From Clostridia bacterium (lineage in GTDB: Bacteria > Bacillota > Clostridia > Oscillospirales > CAG-272): a stretch of 64,000 nt of DNA. Every line of letters starts with the position of its first letter. Positions within the stretch are counted from its first letter, which is position 1. The notes below the pieces were generated by a model. The model searched no databases, was not told the origin of the DNA, and worked only from the letters and a program-made list of their open reading frames with translations. Position numbers and translations under genes: made by a program. The stretch lies in contig JAFSSP010000002.1 in NCBI GenBank assembly GCA_017450945.1, forward strand, positions 8,405 through 72,404, given 5' to 3'. Shown one piece after another: positions 50,367-58,784 of this stretch.

Positions 50367-51473
50367 TTATTTGTCCTCCTTTTTGCGGAATACGATCTTA
50401 TAGTTGACAAAGAAGGCACAGGCAATCACGCAGAAGTAGACGAGGCCTACCACGATGTTGGCGATCGAGTCACTGCTGAGTCCGAAATCGGTTCGCACCT
50501 GCAGCATTCCTTTGCTGATAAAGGAGATGAAGAAGCAGGTCAGCATCATCACGAGCGGATTGAAGGCGGCGAGCCAGGAGGTCATGATCGCGGTAAAGCC
50601 CATGTTGTTCGCCGCGGCGTCGCTGACGGTATGATCGACGGCTCCTGCAATGAAGAAGCCGACAAGGCCCGCGATGGCGCCCGAGAGGATCATGGTACGA
50701 ATGATGACTTTACTCACGTTGATGCCGACGTATTTTGCGGTGTTGACGCTCTCGCCGACGACCGAGATCTCATAGCCGTGCTTGCTGTACTTGAGGTAGA
50801 CAAACATAAAGAGCGTCAGGATCACGAAAACGAGAATGGTCAGCAATTGGTCGTTGTAGAGTTTGGGGAGATTACCATATCCGATCGGCGTCAAAACGCC
50901 CGAACCGCTCTTGACCCAGGAGGCAATGCAGAAGCGGACAAGCCCTATGGCAATGTAGTTCATCATCAGGGTAAAAAGCGTTTCGTTGGTGTTGAAAAAG
51001 GCCTTGAAGAGTGCCGGGATCAACGCCCAGATGATTCCTGCGGCAACGCTGGCCAGAAACATGATGAAAATCAAAAGTCCGTTTGACACTTTACCGCCGA
51101 GAAAGTTCATGCAGGCGACGGCAGAAAGGCAACCAACAAGGATTTGTCCATTGCCACCGAGGTTCCAGAACTTCATTTTGAAGGCCGGGATCAGTGCAAT
51201 CGAAGTGCCGAGGAGCAGGGCCATATCAAGGAGCAATACCCAGATTCTTCTGGAGGATCCGAATGCACCCTTGAACAGGTAGACAAAGAAATCAACCGGA
51301 CTTTTTCCCGCAAATCCGGCGCAGATGAGGCTGGAAAGAAGCAGGCCGGTAATGATTGCAACAGCGTAAATCAGGATCTTTTTCCAAACCGGGATGTTGA
51401 TCCGTTTGATGACGTGAAAGGGCAGGCTGAAACGCTGTTTTGTGGTTTCTTTCGATTCATTCGTTTTATCCAT
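50367..51473 (-). CDS. ABC transporter permease (BMP/nucleoside type)
   Basis: 368-aa polytopic protein. Overlaps the ATPase gene by 8 nt. Confidence 0.85.
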   Translation of the reverse strand: MDKTNESKETTKQRFSLPFHVIKRINIPVWKKILIYAVAIITGLLLSSLICAGFAGKSPVDFFVYLFKGAFGSSRRIWVLLLDMALLLGTSIALIPAFKMKFWNLGGNGQILVGCLSAVACMNFLGGKVSNGLLIFIMFLASVAAGIIWALIPALFKAFFNTNETLFTLMMNYIAIGLVRFCIASWVKSGSGVLTPIGYGNLPKLYNDQLLTILVFVILTLFMFVYLKYSKHGYEISVVGESVNTAKYVGINVSKVIIRTMILSGAIAGLVGFFIAGAVDHTVSDAAANNMGFTAIMTSWLAAFNPLVMMLTCFFISFISKGMLQVRTDFGLSSDSIANIVVGLVYFCVIACAFFVNYKIVFRKKEDK

Positions 51474-53172
51474 TTGCGTTGCCCTCCCCTCCGTCTGTTT
51501 TGGTCATGAGGAAGCCGACTTCCTCTTTGGTCACGGTGCGCGCGTCAAGAATCCCCGCCACACGTCCGGAATTGATCACAAGGATCCTGTCGCAAAGGCC
51601 GAGCAGAACGTCAAGGTCTTCGCCGACAAAAATTACGGCCACGCCTTCTTTTTTCTGTTTGTTGAGCAGATTATAGATCAGATACGACGAGTTGATATCA
51701 AGGCCTCTGACCGGATAGGCAGCCATAAGCACCTTGGGAGCGAGCGAAATTTCGCGACCGACCAGCACCTTTTGCACGTTACCGCCCGAGAGCTTGCGCA
51801 CCGGGGTATGCAGATCGGGAGTGACGACCTCCAGGTCTTTTACGATGGTATCGGCAAGCGACTCGGGCTTTTTGCGATTGAGAAGCGCCGAGTTCCCTTT
51901 GCGGTAACTGCGAAGCATCATGTTGTCGACCAGATCCATGTTGCCGACCAGTCCCATGCCAAGCCGGTCTTCGGGAACGAAGGAAAGTCGGACGCCGAGC
52001 TCGCGGATCTGGAGCGGCGTTTTGTCGCGCAGACTCATAACCTCGTCCTCGTTGAAGAGGATCTTGCCGTCGTTCACCAGTTTTTTGATCTCGCTATTGC
52101 TCTTGCCCGAAAGATCGACAGGCGTTCCGTCTTCATAATGGAATCTGCCCTCTTTGGCAAGGAATTTGACCTCATTTAAGGTTTTGTGGTAGAAGGAGAC
52201 CGGCAAATTCTTTTTCGGGCGATTGAAAATGATCTCACCCGAATCGAGCTTTTGAAGGCCTGCGATTGCTTCCAAGAGTTCTCTCTGCCCGCTTCCCGCA
52301 ATGCCCGCAATGCCGAGGATCTCGCCCGAACGGGCGGTAAAGGAAACGTGATCAAGCACTTTCACGCCTTCGAGATCGGTGCAGTTGAGATCCATCACCA
52401 AGAGGCGATCCTGCGGGTTTTCGACCAGACTGCGGTCGATGTTGAGCGTCACTTTTTTGCCGACCATCATCTCGGTCAGCTCCTGCTCGTTCGTTTCGGT
52501 CGTATTGACCGTTGCGATGTGCTTGCCCTTGCGGAGCACGGCAACGCGATCCGAAATCTCCATGACCTCGTTGAGCTTGTGGGTGATGATGATAATGGAT
52601 TTGCCGTCGGCGCGCATGGCGCGAAGCACGTCGAAGAGTTTGCGGATCTCCTGCGGCGTGAGCACGGCGGTCGGCTCGTCCAGAATGAGGATATCGGCGC
52701 CGCGATAGAGCACCTTGATGATCTCAACCGTCTGCTTTTCCGAGACCGACATCTCATAGATCTTTTTATCGGGATTTATATGAAAACCGTACCGGTCGCA
52801 CATCTCGCCGATCCGTTTTTTGACGTTCTTTAGGTTGTATTTGCTGCCGTCCTTGACGCCGAGCACAACATTCTCGGCGGCGGAAAACACGTCGATGAGC
52901 TTGAAATGCTGGTGGATCATGCCGATCTTATAGCGAAAAGCGTCCTTCGGCGAGTGAATCAGCACTTCCTTGCCGCCGATAAGGATCTTTCCGCCGTCCG
53001 GATAGTAAATTCCGGCAAGCATGTTCATAAGGGTGGTCTTTCCACACCCATTTTCCCCCAAAACCGAGAGGATCTCGCCTTTGCGAATATCCATATTGAC
53101 CCCGGCGTTGGCCGTGATCGAGCCAAAGGTTTTGGTGATATTCTGAAATTCAATCAAAACTTCGTTTGTCAT
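51466..53172 (-). CDS. ABC transporter ATP-binding protein, duplicated ATPase
   Basis: ATG at 53172 gives MTNEVLIEFQNITKTF. GENGCGKTT Walker A plus a second LSGGNVQK signature. Confidence 0.9.
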   Translation of the reverse strand: MTNEVLIEFQNITKTFGSITANAGVNMDIRKGEILSVLGENGCGKTTLMNMLAGIYYPDGGKILIGGKEVLIHSPKDAFRYKIGMIHQHFKLIDVFSAAENVVLGVKDGSKYNLKNVKKRIGEMCDRYGFHINPDKKIYEMSVSEKQTVEIIKVLYRGADILILDEPTAVLTPQEIRKLFDVLRAMRADGKSIIIITHKLNEVMEISDRVAVLRKGKHIATVNTTETNEQELTEMMVGKKVTLNIDRSLVENPQDRLLVMDLNCTDLEGVKVLDHVSFTARSGEILGIAGIAGSGQRELLEAIAGLQKLDSGEIIFNRPKKNLPVSFYHKTLNEVKFLAKEGRFHYEDGTPVDLSGKSNSEIKKLVNDGKILFNEDEVMSLRDKTPLQIRELGVRLSFVPEDRLGMGLVGNMDLVDNMMLRSYRKGNSALLNRKKPESLADTIVKDLEVVTPDLHTPVRKLSGGNVQKVLVGREISLAPKVLMAAYPVRGLDINSSYLIYNLLNKQKKEGVAVIFVGEDLDVLLGLCDRILVINSGRVAGILDARTVTKEEVGFLMTKTDGGEGNANG

Positions 53173-53284
53173 GGGCTTTTTCTTCCCTTTCCGTAGAACC
53201 GGTATAAAATGACAGGTAGGGTTGCCGCATAATGCGGCAGCCCTATGGTCTGTCTTATCTGATCTGTCCTCTTTTGAAGCGATC

Positions 53285-54538
53285 TTATTTGATGGTAATA
53301 CCGTCGATGATGATATCGAAGTAAGGAGCCGAACGGAATTCGCTCTCTGCGAAGTAGGTGATGCCGCCGGCGGTCTTGATGACGTTGGTCTCACCAACAT
53401 AGGTGCCGTCGTCGTTGACGTCTGCGTTGTAAGCGGTCAGATGTCCGGACTCATCCATCGTGATATATGCGGCTTTGCTGAAGTCGGAAGTGTCAGCCTT
53501 TGCGTTCTTCACAGTGAAGGTAGAGCAATCAAACACTTTGCGAGTGCCGTTTGCAAGCTCTGCTTTGACAGCGGCGAGTTTCTCAGCGGTGCCGGCAGCA
53601 GCGGCGGAGCCGAGTTCGGTGAGAAGAACCGAGTTGGTATCAACGGTACCGGTCCAGCTGTCGTCAATGTTCTTGCCGTTCATTGCGCAGTCAATGGCAT
53701 ACTCGAAGTAAGGCTGCCAGTTGATTCTGGAAGCGACCACGAAGGAGTTCTTGCCGGTCACGCCGTTGTAGGAGACGTTGGGAATATTTCTCTCTTCGCA
53801 AGCGGTGGGAGCACCCATCGAGTCAGCGTGCTGGGAGATGAGTTTGCAGCCTGCGTCGATCAGAGCCTGCGCGGTAGACTTCTCGGCAACTTCATCGTAC
53901 CAGGAGGAGGTGTAGCGGACTTCCATGGTCACGTTGGAAACGACGCTCTTGACGCCGAGGTAGAAGGAGGTATAACCGGAGATGACTTCTGCATAGGGCC
54001 ATGCGCCGACGTAACCGATCTTTGCGTTCTCGTCGGAAACGTTGCCTTCTGCATCACCATAAAGCTCCACGAGCTTGAGTCCTGCGGCAACGCCTGCAAG
54101 GTAGCGGCCTTCATAAATGGAAGCGAATGCGTTCTGGAAGTTGGAAACACCGGCGGTGTGTCCCTGCGTACCGGTAGCATGGCAGAACTGGACGTTCGGG
54201 AATTCCTTTGCGGCCTTGAGCATGTACTGCTCATGTCCGAAGGAGTCTGCAAAGACGATGCCGTAGCCGTCGTCTGCAAATTCAGCAGCTTTGTTGTAGC
54301 ACTCGTTGCCTTCGGGGATCTCGGTCACAACGGTGCCGGTCACATTCTTGGCATCGCAAGCGGCCTTGAACGCGTCAATGAAGTTTTTGTCGTAGGTGGA
54401 GCTGTCACCGTGCAGGCAAATAAGAGCGGCCTTGAAGTTGGTCTCATCCTGCTTCTTGCAAGAAGCGGTGGCAACGACAAGGGTTGCGATCATGAGCACT
54501 GCCAGGACAACGGACAGAATTTTCTTGAACATTTTCAT
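53285..54538 (-). CDS. BMP-family (PnrA-like) substrate-binding lipoprotein
   Basis: ATG at 54538 follows AGGAGGA. Lipobox VATASC. BMP-like sequence. Confidence 0.88.
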   Translation of the reverse strand: MKMFKKILSVVLAVLMIATLVVATASCKKQDETNFKAALICLHGDSSTYDKNFIDAFKAACDAKNVTGTVVTEIPEGNECYNKAAEFADDGYGIVFADSFGHEQYMLKAAKEFPNVQFCHATGTQGHTAGVSNFQNAFASIYEGRYLAGVAAGLKLVELYGDAEGNVSDENAKIGYVGAWPYAEVISGYTSFYLGVKSVVSNVTMEVRYTSSWYDEVAEKSTAQALIDAGCKLISQHADSMGAPTACEERNIPNVSYNGVTGKNSFVVASRINWQPYFEYAIDCAMNGKNIDDSWTGTVDTNSVLLTELGSAAAAGTAEKLAAVKAELANGTRKVFDCSTFTVKNAKADTSDFSKAAYITMDESGHLTAYNADVNDDGTYVGETNVIKTAGGITYFAESEFRSAPYFDIIIDGITIK

Positions 54539-54620
54539 GTTCCTCCTAAAATAATTTTTATTTATTGGGGATGGGGACCCCGATAAATCGAAAACAGAAA
54601 GAGGGCGGCGCAGTCCTGCC

Positions 54621-55193
54621 TTAGCAGAACTTGATTCCGTCCTCCGGCGACATGGAGGCGATCCGGGCAAGAGATTCCACACGGATCCCTTTGCCGCGAA
54701 TGAGGTTGCCCCCGTCTTGATATGCTTTTTCGATCACAATGCCGCAGCCCACGACTGTGGCTCCTGCTTTTTTGCAGAGCTCGATGAGCGCAGAGAGGGC
54801 GCTGCCGTTTGCAAGGAAGTCGTCGACGATCAGGACGCGATCCTCTTTGGAGAGGTACTCGCTCGAGACGCGAATGACGTGATCGGTGTTATGGGTATAG
54901 GAATGCGCCATGGCCTCGTAGACCTTGTCCGAGAGGTTCGAGGTCTTTGCCTTTTTGGCAAACAGCACCGGGCAATGAAAAAATTGCGCTGTCAAACAAG
55001 CTACACCGATGCCGCTGGCCTCGATGGTAAGGATCTTGTTTACACCGCAATCCCGGTAGAGGTTGTAGAACTCTTTGCCTATTTCGCAGAGGAAGTCCAC
55101 GTCGATCTGGTGGTTGAGGAATCTGTCGACCTTCAGAACATCGCAGGGGTAGACTTTGCCCTCTGCCATGATCTTCTGCTCCAACAGTTTCAT
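54621..55193 (-). CDS. xpt: Xanthine phosphoribosyltransferase
   Basis: VLKVDRFLNHQID.., VLIVDDFLANGSA (PRPP motif) and RVESLARI are collinear with Bacillus Xpt. Confidence 0.92.
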   Translation of the reverse strand: MKLLEQKIMAEGKVYPCDVLKVDRFLNHQIDVDFLCEIGKEFYNLYRDCGVNKILTIEASGIGVACLTAQFFHCPVLFAKKAKTSNLSDKVYEAMAHSYTHNTDHVIRVSSEYLSKEDRVLIVDDFLANGSALSALIELCKKAGATVVGCGIVIEKAYQDGGNLIRGKGIRVESLARIASMSPEDGIKFC

Positions 55194-55245
55194 CGTGGGT
55201 ACCCTCCTCAAAGCAAGAATTCTCGCGAAGAAAAATTACACTTTT

Positions 55246-55274
55246 ATTTTACCAAAACCGCCGCTTTTTGTCAA
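55246..55274 (-). promoter_or_regulatory. Promoter of xpt (TTGACA-17-TAAAAT)
   Basis: Minus strand reads TTGACAaaaagcggcggttttggTAAAAT. Confidence 0.65.
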
Positions 55275-55348
55275 TCGTCAAAGAGGCAAAAAACGACAAG
55301 TTTCAAGAATCTTTTTTGGCAGTTTTCACAAAGAGTTCCCCCGGAAGA

Positions 55349-55400
55349 GCCCTCATCCGTCACGGCTGCGCCGTGCCACCTTCCCCTCAAGGGGGAAGGC
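55349..55400. repeat. Solo family-C repeat unit
   Basis: GCCCTCATCCGTCACGGCTGCGCCGTGCCACCTTCCCCTCAAGGGGGAAGGC. Confidence 0.85.
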
Positions 55401-55479
55401 TTTAAAAATCAGCGATTCCAAGCAAAAAAATCAAAGAAAACGGATGATATCCCTCGTCAATTGTTTCCCTTTTGGCCGT

Positions 55480-55530
55480 TTTTCTGAAAGGGTGCGGGAG
55501 AACTCTTTTTTCAAAAAAGAGTTCTCCCGC
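55480..55530. repeat. Solo hairpin-A repeat with flank
   Basis: TTTTCTGAAAGGGTGCGGGAGAACTCTTTTTTCAAAAAAGAGTTCTCCCGC, just downstream of the ppiB-like gene. Confidence 0.8.
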
Positions 55531-55547
55531 CACATTCTTCCTTCCCT

Positions 55548-56048
55548 TTATTCCTCCACAATCTCCACGCTCTCGATGACGACGGGAGTTTTGGGAACGT
55601 CGTCGAACCAGCCCATGCGTCCGGTGGGGACGGCGGCAATTTTATCGAGGACGTCAAAGCCGTCGGTGAGTATCCCGAAGGCGGCGTACTGGCCGTCGAG
55701 GTAGGGTGCATTGGCGTGCATGACAAAAAACTGCGAGGAAGCCGAGTTCGGCTGGTTGGTGCGCGCCATTGAGAGGACGCCGCGCTGATGCTTCAGATCG
55801 TTTTTTGCAAATCCGTTGGAGGCGAACTCGCCGCGGATCGCGGGGGTATCGGTCTCGGAAAAGTCGGCGCGATAACCGCCGCCCTGGATCATAAAGCCGG
55901 GGATGATGCGGTGAAAGATGAGGCCTTCAAAAAAGCCGTCTTTTGCCAGGTTCAAAAAATTGGCGACGGTCAGCGGCGCTTTGTCGGGATAAAGCTCAGC
56001 GGTCATACTGCCGAAGTTTTTCACGTTGATTTTGACGATGGGATTCAT
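55548..56048 (-). CDS. ppiB: Cyclophilin-type peptidyl-prolyl cis-trans isomerase
   Basis: FHRIIPGFMIQGG and SQFFV motifs. Confidence 0.92.
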   Translation of the reverse strand: MNPIVKINVKNFGSMTAELYPDKAPLTVANFLNLAKDGFFEGLIFHRIIPGFMIQGGGYRADFSETDTPAIRGEFASNGFAKNDLKHQRGVLSMARTNQPNSASSQFFVMHANAPYLDGQYAAFGILTDGFDVLDKIAAVPTGRMGWFDDVPKTPVVIESVEIVEE

Positions 56049-56066
56049 AGGTTGATTCCTTTCTTT

Positions 56067-56447
56067 TTATATAACTTCTTCATCGGGGTAAGCAAGGGCG
56101 AAAAGCTCGTCGATCCGCGCCTTTTTGCCGCTCAGGTGCAGGTAGCCGAACAGCACCTCCATGCCGGTGGCAGCGCGATACTCTCCGACGGTGGCAGACT
56201 TGGGCGTTTGCGTATGCCCCATATTGCGGCCGCGCTTGAAATAGGCAAGCTCGGTCTCATCGAGAGCCGGGAGCAATCGTTTCATTGCCTGCGCCTGCGC
56301 CGGAGCGCGAACAAAATCAAGCGCCGCGCGGTTGAGATGCGCCGAGGTGGAAAGCCCTTTTTTGACAAGGTGCTCCCTCACGCAGAGTTCCAGCACGCAG
56401 TCGCCGAGATAGGCAAGCGCCGGGACGCTTTGGTCGATAGGTTCCAT
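56067..56447 (-). CDS. mrnC: Mini-ribonuclease 3
   Basis: ATG at 56447 follows GGAGG. ALAYLGDCVLELCVREHLV and ATGMEVLFGYL motifs. Confidence 0.85.
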   Translation of the reverse strand: MEPIDQSVPALAYLGDCVLELCVREHLVKKGLSTSAHLNRAALDFVRAPAQAQAMKRLLPALDETELAYFKRGRNMGHTQTPKSATVGEYRAATGMEVLFGYLHLSGKKARIDELFALAYPDEEVI

Positions 56448-56548
56448 AGTTGCCTCCGAGAGTGTTTCGATCACCTTTATTATACCGAAAAGGCGGCAAA
56501 AAATCAAGGGGCACGCGAAAAAAGGCTCCTTCAAATTGCAAAAAATCA

Positions 56549-56577
56549 TTGACTTTTTCCGGAATATAGGATACAAT
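56549..56577 (+). promoter_or_regulatory. Promoter of the yicC-remA-gmk-rpoZ block (TTGACT-17-TACAAT)
   Basis: TTGACTttttccggaatataggaTACAAT. Confidence 0.6.
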
Positions 56578-56611
56578 AAATATGTATATTCTTCTAAAAG
56601 GACGTGAAAGA

Positions 56612-57499
56612 ATGGCAAACAGCATGACCGGATTCGGGCGCTCGCGCAAGACGGTGGACGGTCTTGACATCACCGCCGAGATCAAATCGGTCAACAGCCG
56701 GTTTTTTGACTGCTCAACTAAGATCAGCCGCGCTTACGGCTATCTGGAAGAGCGCGTCAAGCCCTTTTTGCAGTCGCTCGGCGTCGTCCGCGGAAAAGTG
56801 GACGTCTATCTCTCGGTCGAGTCTTCGGGTTCCACCTCCAACAAGGTGCGCCTTGACCGCGACTATCTCGAAAGCTACCTCGAGGCGCTTGACGTGCTGC
56901 ACGAGGATTATCGCCTCAAGGATGACCGCTCGGTCATGAAGGTGGCCTCCCTTCCCGGGCTCTTCCTCTCGGAAAAACCGAACGAGGACGTCGAGGAGGA
57001 CTGGCGGCGGGTTTCGGAAGTCTTGAAAGAAGCCGCCGAAAAGTTCTTTGCCGCACGCAAAGCCGAGGGTGCGTCTCTTGCCGCAGATCTTCTCAAAAAG
57101 CTCGATGGGATCGAAGCCGTGGTCGGCCAGATCGAAGAGCTTTCCAAAGACGACATCGAACATTACAGAGAGCGACTTGCCGAGCGCGTGAGAAACGCGC
57201 TGGCCGACAACCAGATCACCATTGACGAGAGCCGGATTCTCACCGAGTGCGCAATCCACGCCGACAAAGTGGCGGTGGACGAAGAGCTGGTGCGTCTGAG
57301 AACGCACATCGCGTCCTTCCGAAAAATTCTTGCCACGGAAGATGCAGTCGGCCGAAAGCTCGATTTTCTCATGCAGGAGATGAACCGCGAGATCAACACG
57401 ACCGGTTCCAAATGCTCGGATGCCGCCATCGCCGCGCTGGTGGTCGACGTCAAGTGCGAGCTGGAAAAAATGCGCGAACAGATCCAGAATCTGGAGTAA
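56612..57499 (+). CDS. yicC: YicC-family protein
   Basis: MANSMTGFGRS.. N-terminus, with the C-terminal EMNREINTTGSK motif. Confidence 0.88.
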   Translation: MANSMTGFGRSRKTVDGLDITAEIKSVNSRFFDCSTKISRAYGYLEERVKPFLQSLGVVRGKVDVYLSVESSGSTSNKVRLDRDYLESYLEALDVLHEDYRLKDDRSVMKVASLPGLFLSEKPNEDVEEDWRRVSEVLKEAAEKFFAARKAEGASLAADLLKKLDGIEAVVGQIEELSKDDIEHYRERLAERVRNALADNQITIDESRILTECAIHADKVAVDEELVRLRTHIASFRKILATEDAVGRKLDFLMQEMNREINTTGSKCSDAAIAALVVDVKCELEKMREQIQNLE

Positions 57500-57515
57500 G
57501 ATAGCGAGGTAAACC

Positions 57516-57785
57516 ATGAAATTCATCAACATCGGATTTGGAAACATGGTGGCGGCCGACCGCGTGGTGGCCATCGCCAATCCGGATTCGGCGCCGATCA
57601 AGCGCCTCATTCAGGACTCAAAGGACGACGGCAGAGCGGTTGACGTCACCTGCGGCCGCCGCACGCGCGCCGTGATCATCACCGACTCGGAGCACGTCAT
57701 TCTCTCGGCCATTCAGGCCGAAACGATCGCCAACCGCCTCGACAACAGCGAGCTTGACGATGAGGACGAGGAGGAAGAGGAATAA
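57516..57785 (+). CDS. remA: RemA/DUF370 regulatory protein
   Basis: [39 protein letters not shown], plus an acidic tail. Confidence 0.9.
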   Translation: MKFINIGFGNMVAADRVVAIANPDSAPIKRLIQDSKDDGRAVDVTCGRRTRAVIITDSEHVILSAIQAETIANRLDNSELDDEDEEEEE

Positions 57786-58453
57786 TGCACGGACAGCTTT
57801 TGGTCGTCTCCGGCCCTTCCGGGAGCGGCAAGGGAACGGTTGTCGAGTTCCTGAAAAAGACGCCCGGCTACGATTTTTCGGTCTCGGTCACCACACGCGC
57901 CCCGCGTGTCGGCGAGGTCGAGGGCGTCAACTACTATTACATCACAAACGAACGCTTTGAAGAGCTGAAACAGGCGGGCGAGCTGCTGGAATTTACCAGC
58001 TTTTGCGGTACCTCTTACGGAACGCCTGTCTCCGAGATCAAAAAGGCCGAGAAGCTCGACCGGGCGCTGGTCTTTGACATTGAGACCGAAGGGGCGGCGA
58101 ACGTCAAACGCCTTCGCCCCGAGGCCATCCTTGTTATGCTGATCCCGCCCACCTTCCAAGAACTCGAGCGCAGACTGCGCGGGCGCAAGTCCGAAAGCGA
58201 GGAAAAGATTGCAAACCGCCTTGCAAAGGCAAAACAGGAGATTCTGCTTTTCGGCAACTACGACTATATCGTGGTCAACGAGACCGGAGGGCAGGAGGAA
58301 GCCGCAAAGGTTCTCGACGCCATTGTGCGCGCAAAGATCTGTCTTGCCGCCGGCGGCCCGAAAAACAAAGCGGACGAAGAACTTCTTGCATTCGTTTCCA
58401 AGTTTGAAACCAAAAGCCATCCCGACGTCGTCGAAAAATTCTTTTGCAACTGA
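57785..58453 (+). CDS. gmk: Guanylate kinase
   Basis: GPSGSGKGT P-loop. SVTTRAPRVGE motif. Confidence 0.93.
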   Translation: MHGQLLVVSGPSGSGKGTVVEFLKKTPGYDFSVSVTTRAPRVGEVEGVNYYYITNERFEELKQAGELLEFTSFCGTSYGTPVSEIKKAEKLDRALVFDIETEGAANVKRLRPEAILVMLIPPTFQELERRLRGRKSESEEKIANRLAKAKQEILLFGNYDYIVVNETGGQEEAAKVLDAIVRAKICLAAGGPKNKADEELLAFVSKFETKSHPDVVEKFFCN

Positions 58454-58493
58454 CCCGGTTTCCGGGAAATCTATCGTTTGAGGAGAACAAACC

Positions 58494-58781
58494 ATGCTTC
58501 ACCCTACCATTGACGAATTGACCAAAGGAAAAATGAACCGCTATGAGCTGGCACTTGCCACCGCAAAATGCGCGCGACTTATCACCGACGAGTACGTGCG
58601 TCAGCACGACGCCGCCGAGCGGGCGCAGACCGGCAACAAAGAGACCGACAAGCCCATTCAATCCATGATCGACCGCGAACTGCGCGACGAAAAGGCCGTG
58701 CAGGTCGCCGTGGGCCGCCTCTATCGCGGCGAATACGTCATCGACCTTCCCGACGAGAAGGATTTCTCGGACGAGATTTGA
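58494..58781 (+). CDS. rpoZ: DNA-directed RNA polymerase subunit omega
   Basis: NRYELALATAKCARLI pattern and conserved position after gmk. Confidence 0.85.
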   Translation: MLHPTIDELTKGKMNRYELALATAKCARLITDEYVRQHDAAERAQTGNKETDKPIQSMIDRELRDEKAVQVAVGRLYRGEYVIDLPDEKDFSDEI

Positions 58782-58784
58782 CCG

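Noticed and set aside
48072-51086. 1004-aa plus-strand ORF, the longest in the track
   Set aside because: It runs antisense through three well-supported genes (spoIVB and two ABC permeases). It is rich in R/G/D/H/A low-complexity sequence, has no recognisable motif and no RBS. This is the typical open antisense frame of GC-rich coding DNA.
53222-54586. 454-aa plus-strand ORF
   Set aside because: It is antisense to the BMP lipoprotein gene, which has a lipobox, RBS and family-typical sequence.
55194-55300. Purine (guanine/xanthine) riboswitch upstream of xpt
   Set aside because: The leader from the predicted promoter to the ATG is only about 45 nt. It lacks the conserved purine-aptamer segments (the UAUAAU..., CCGUAAAU-type junctions).
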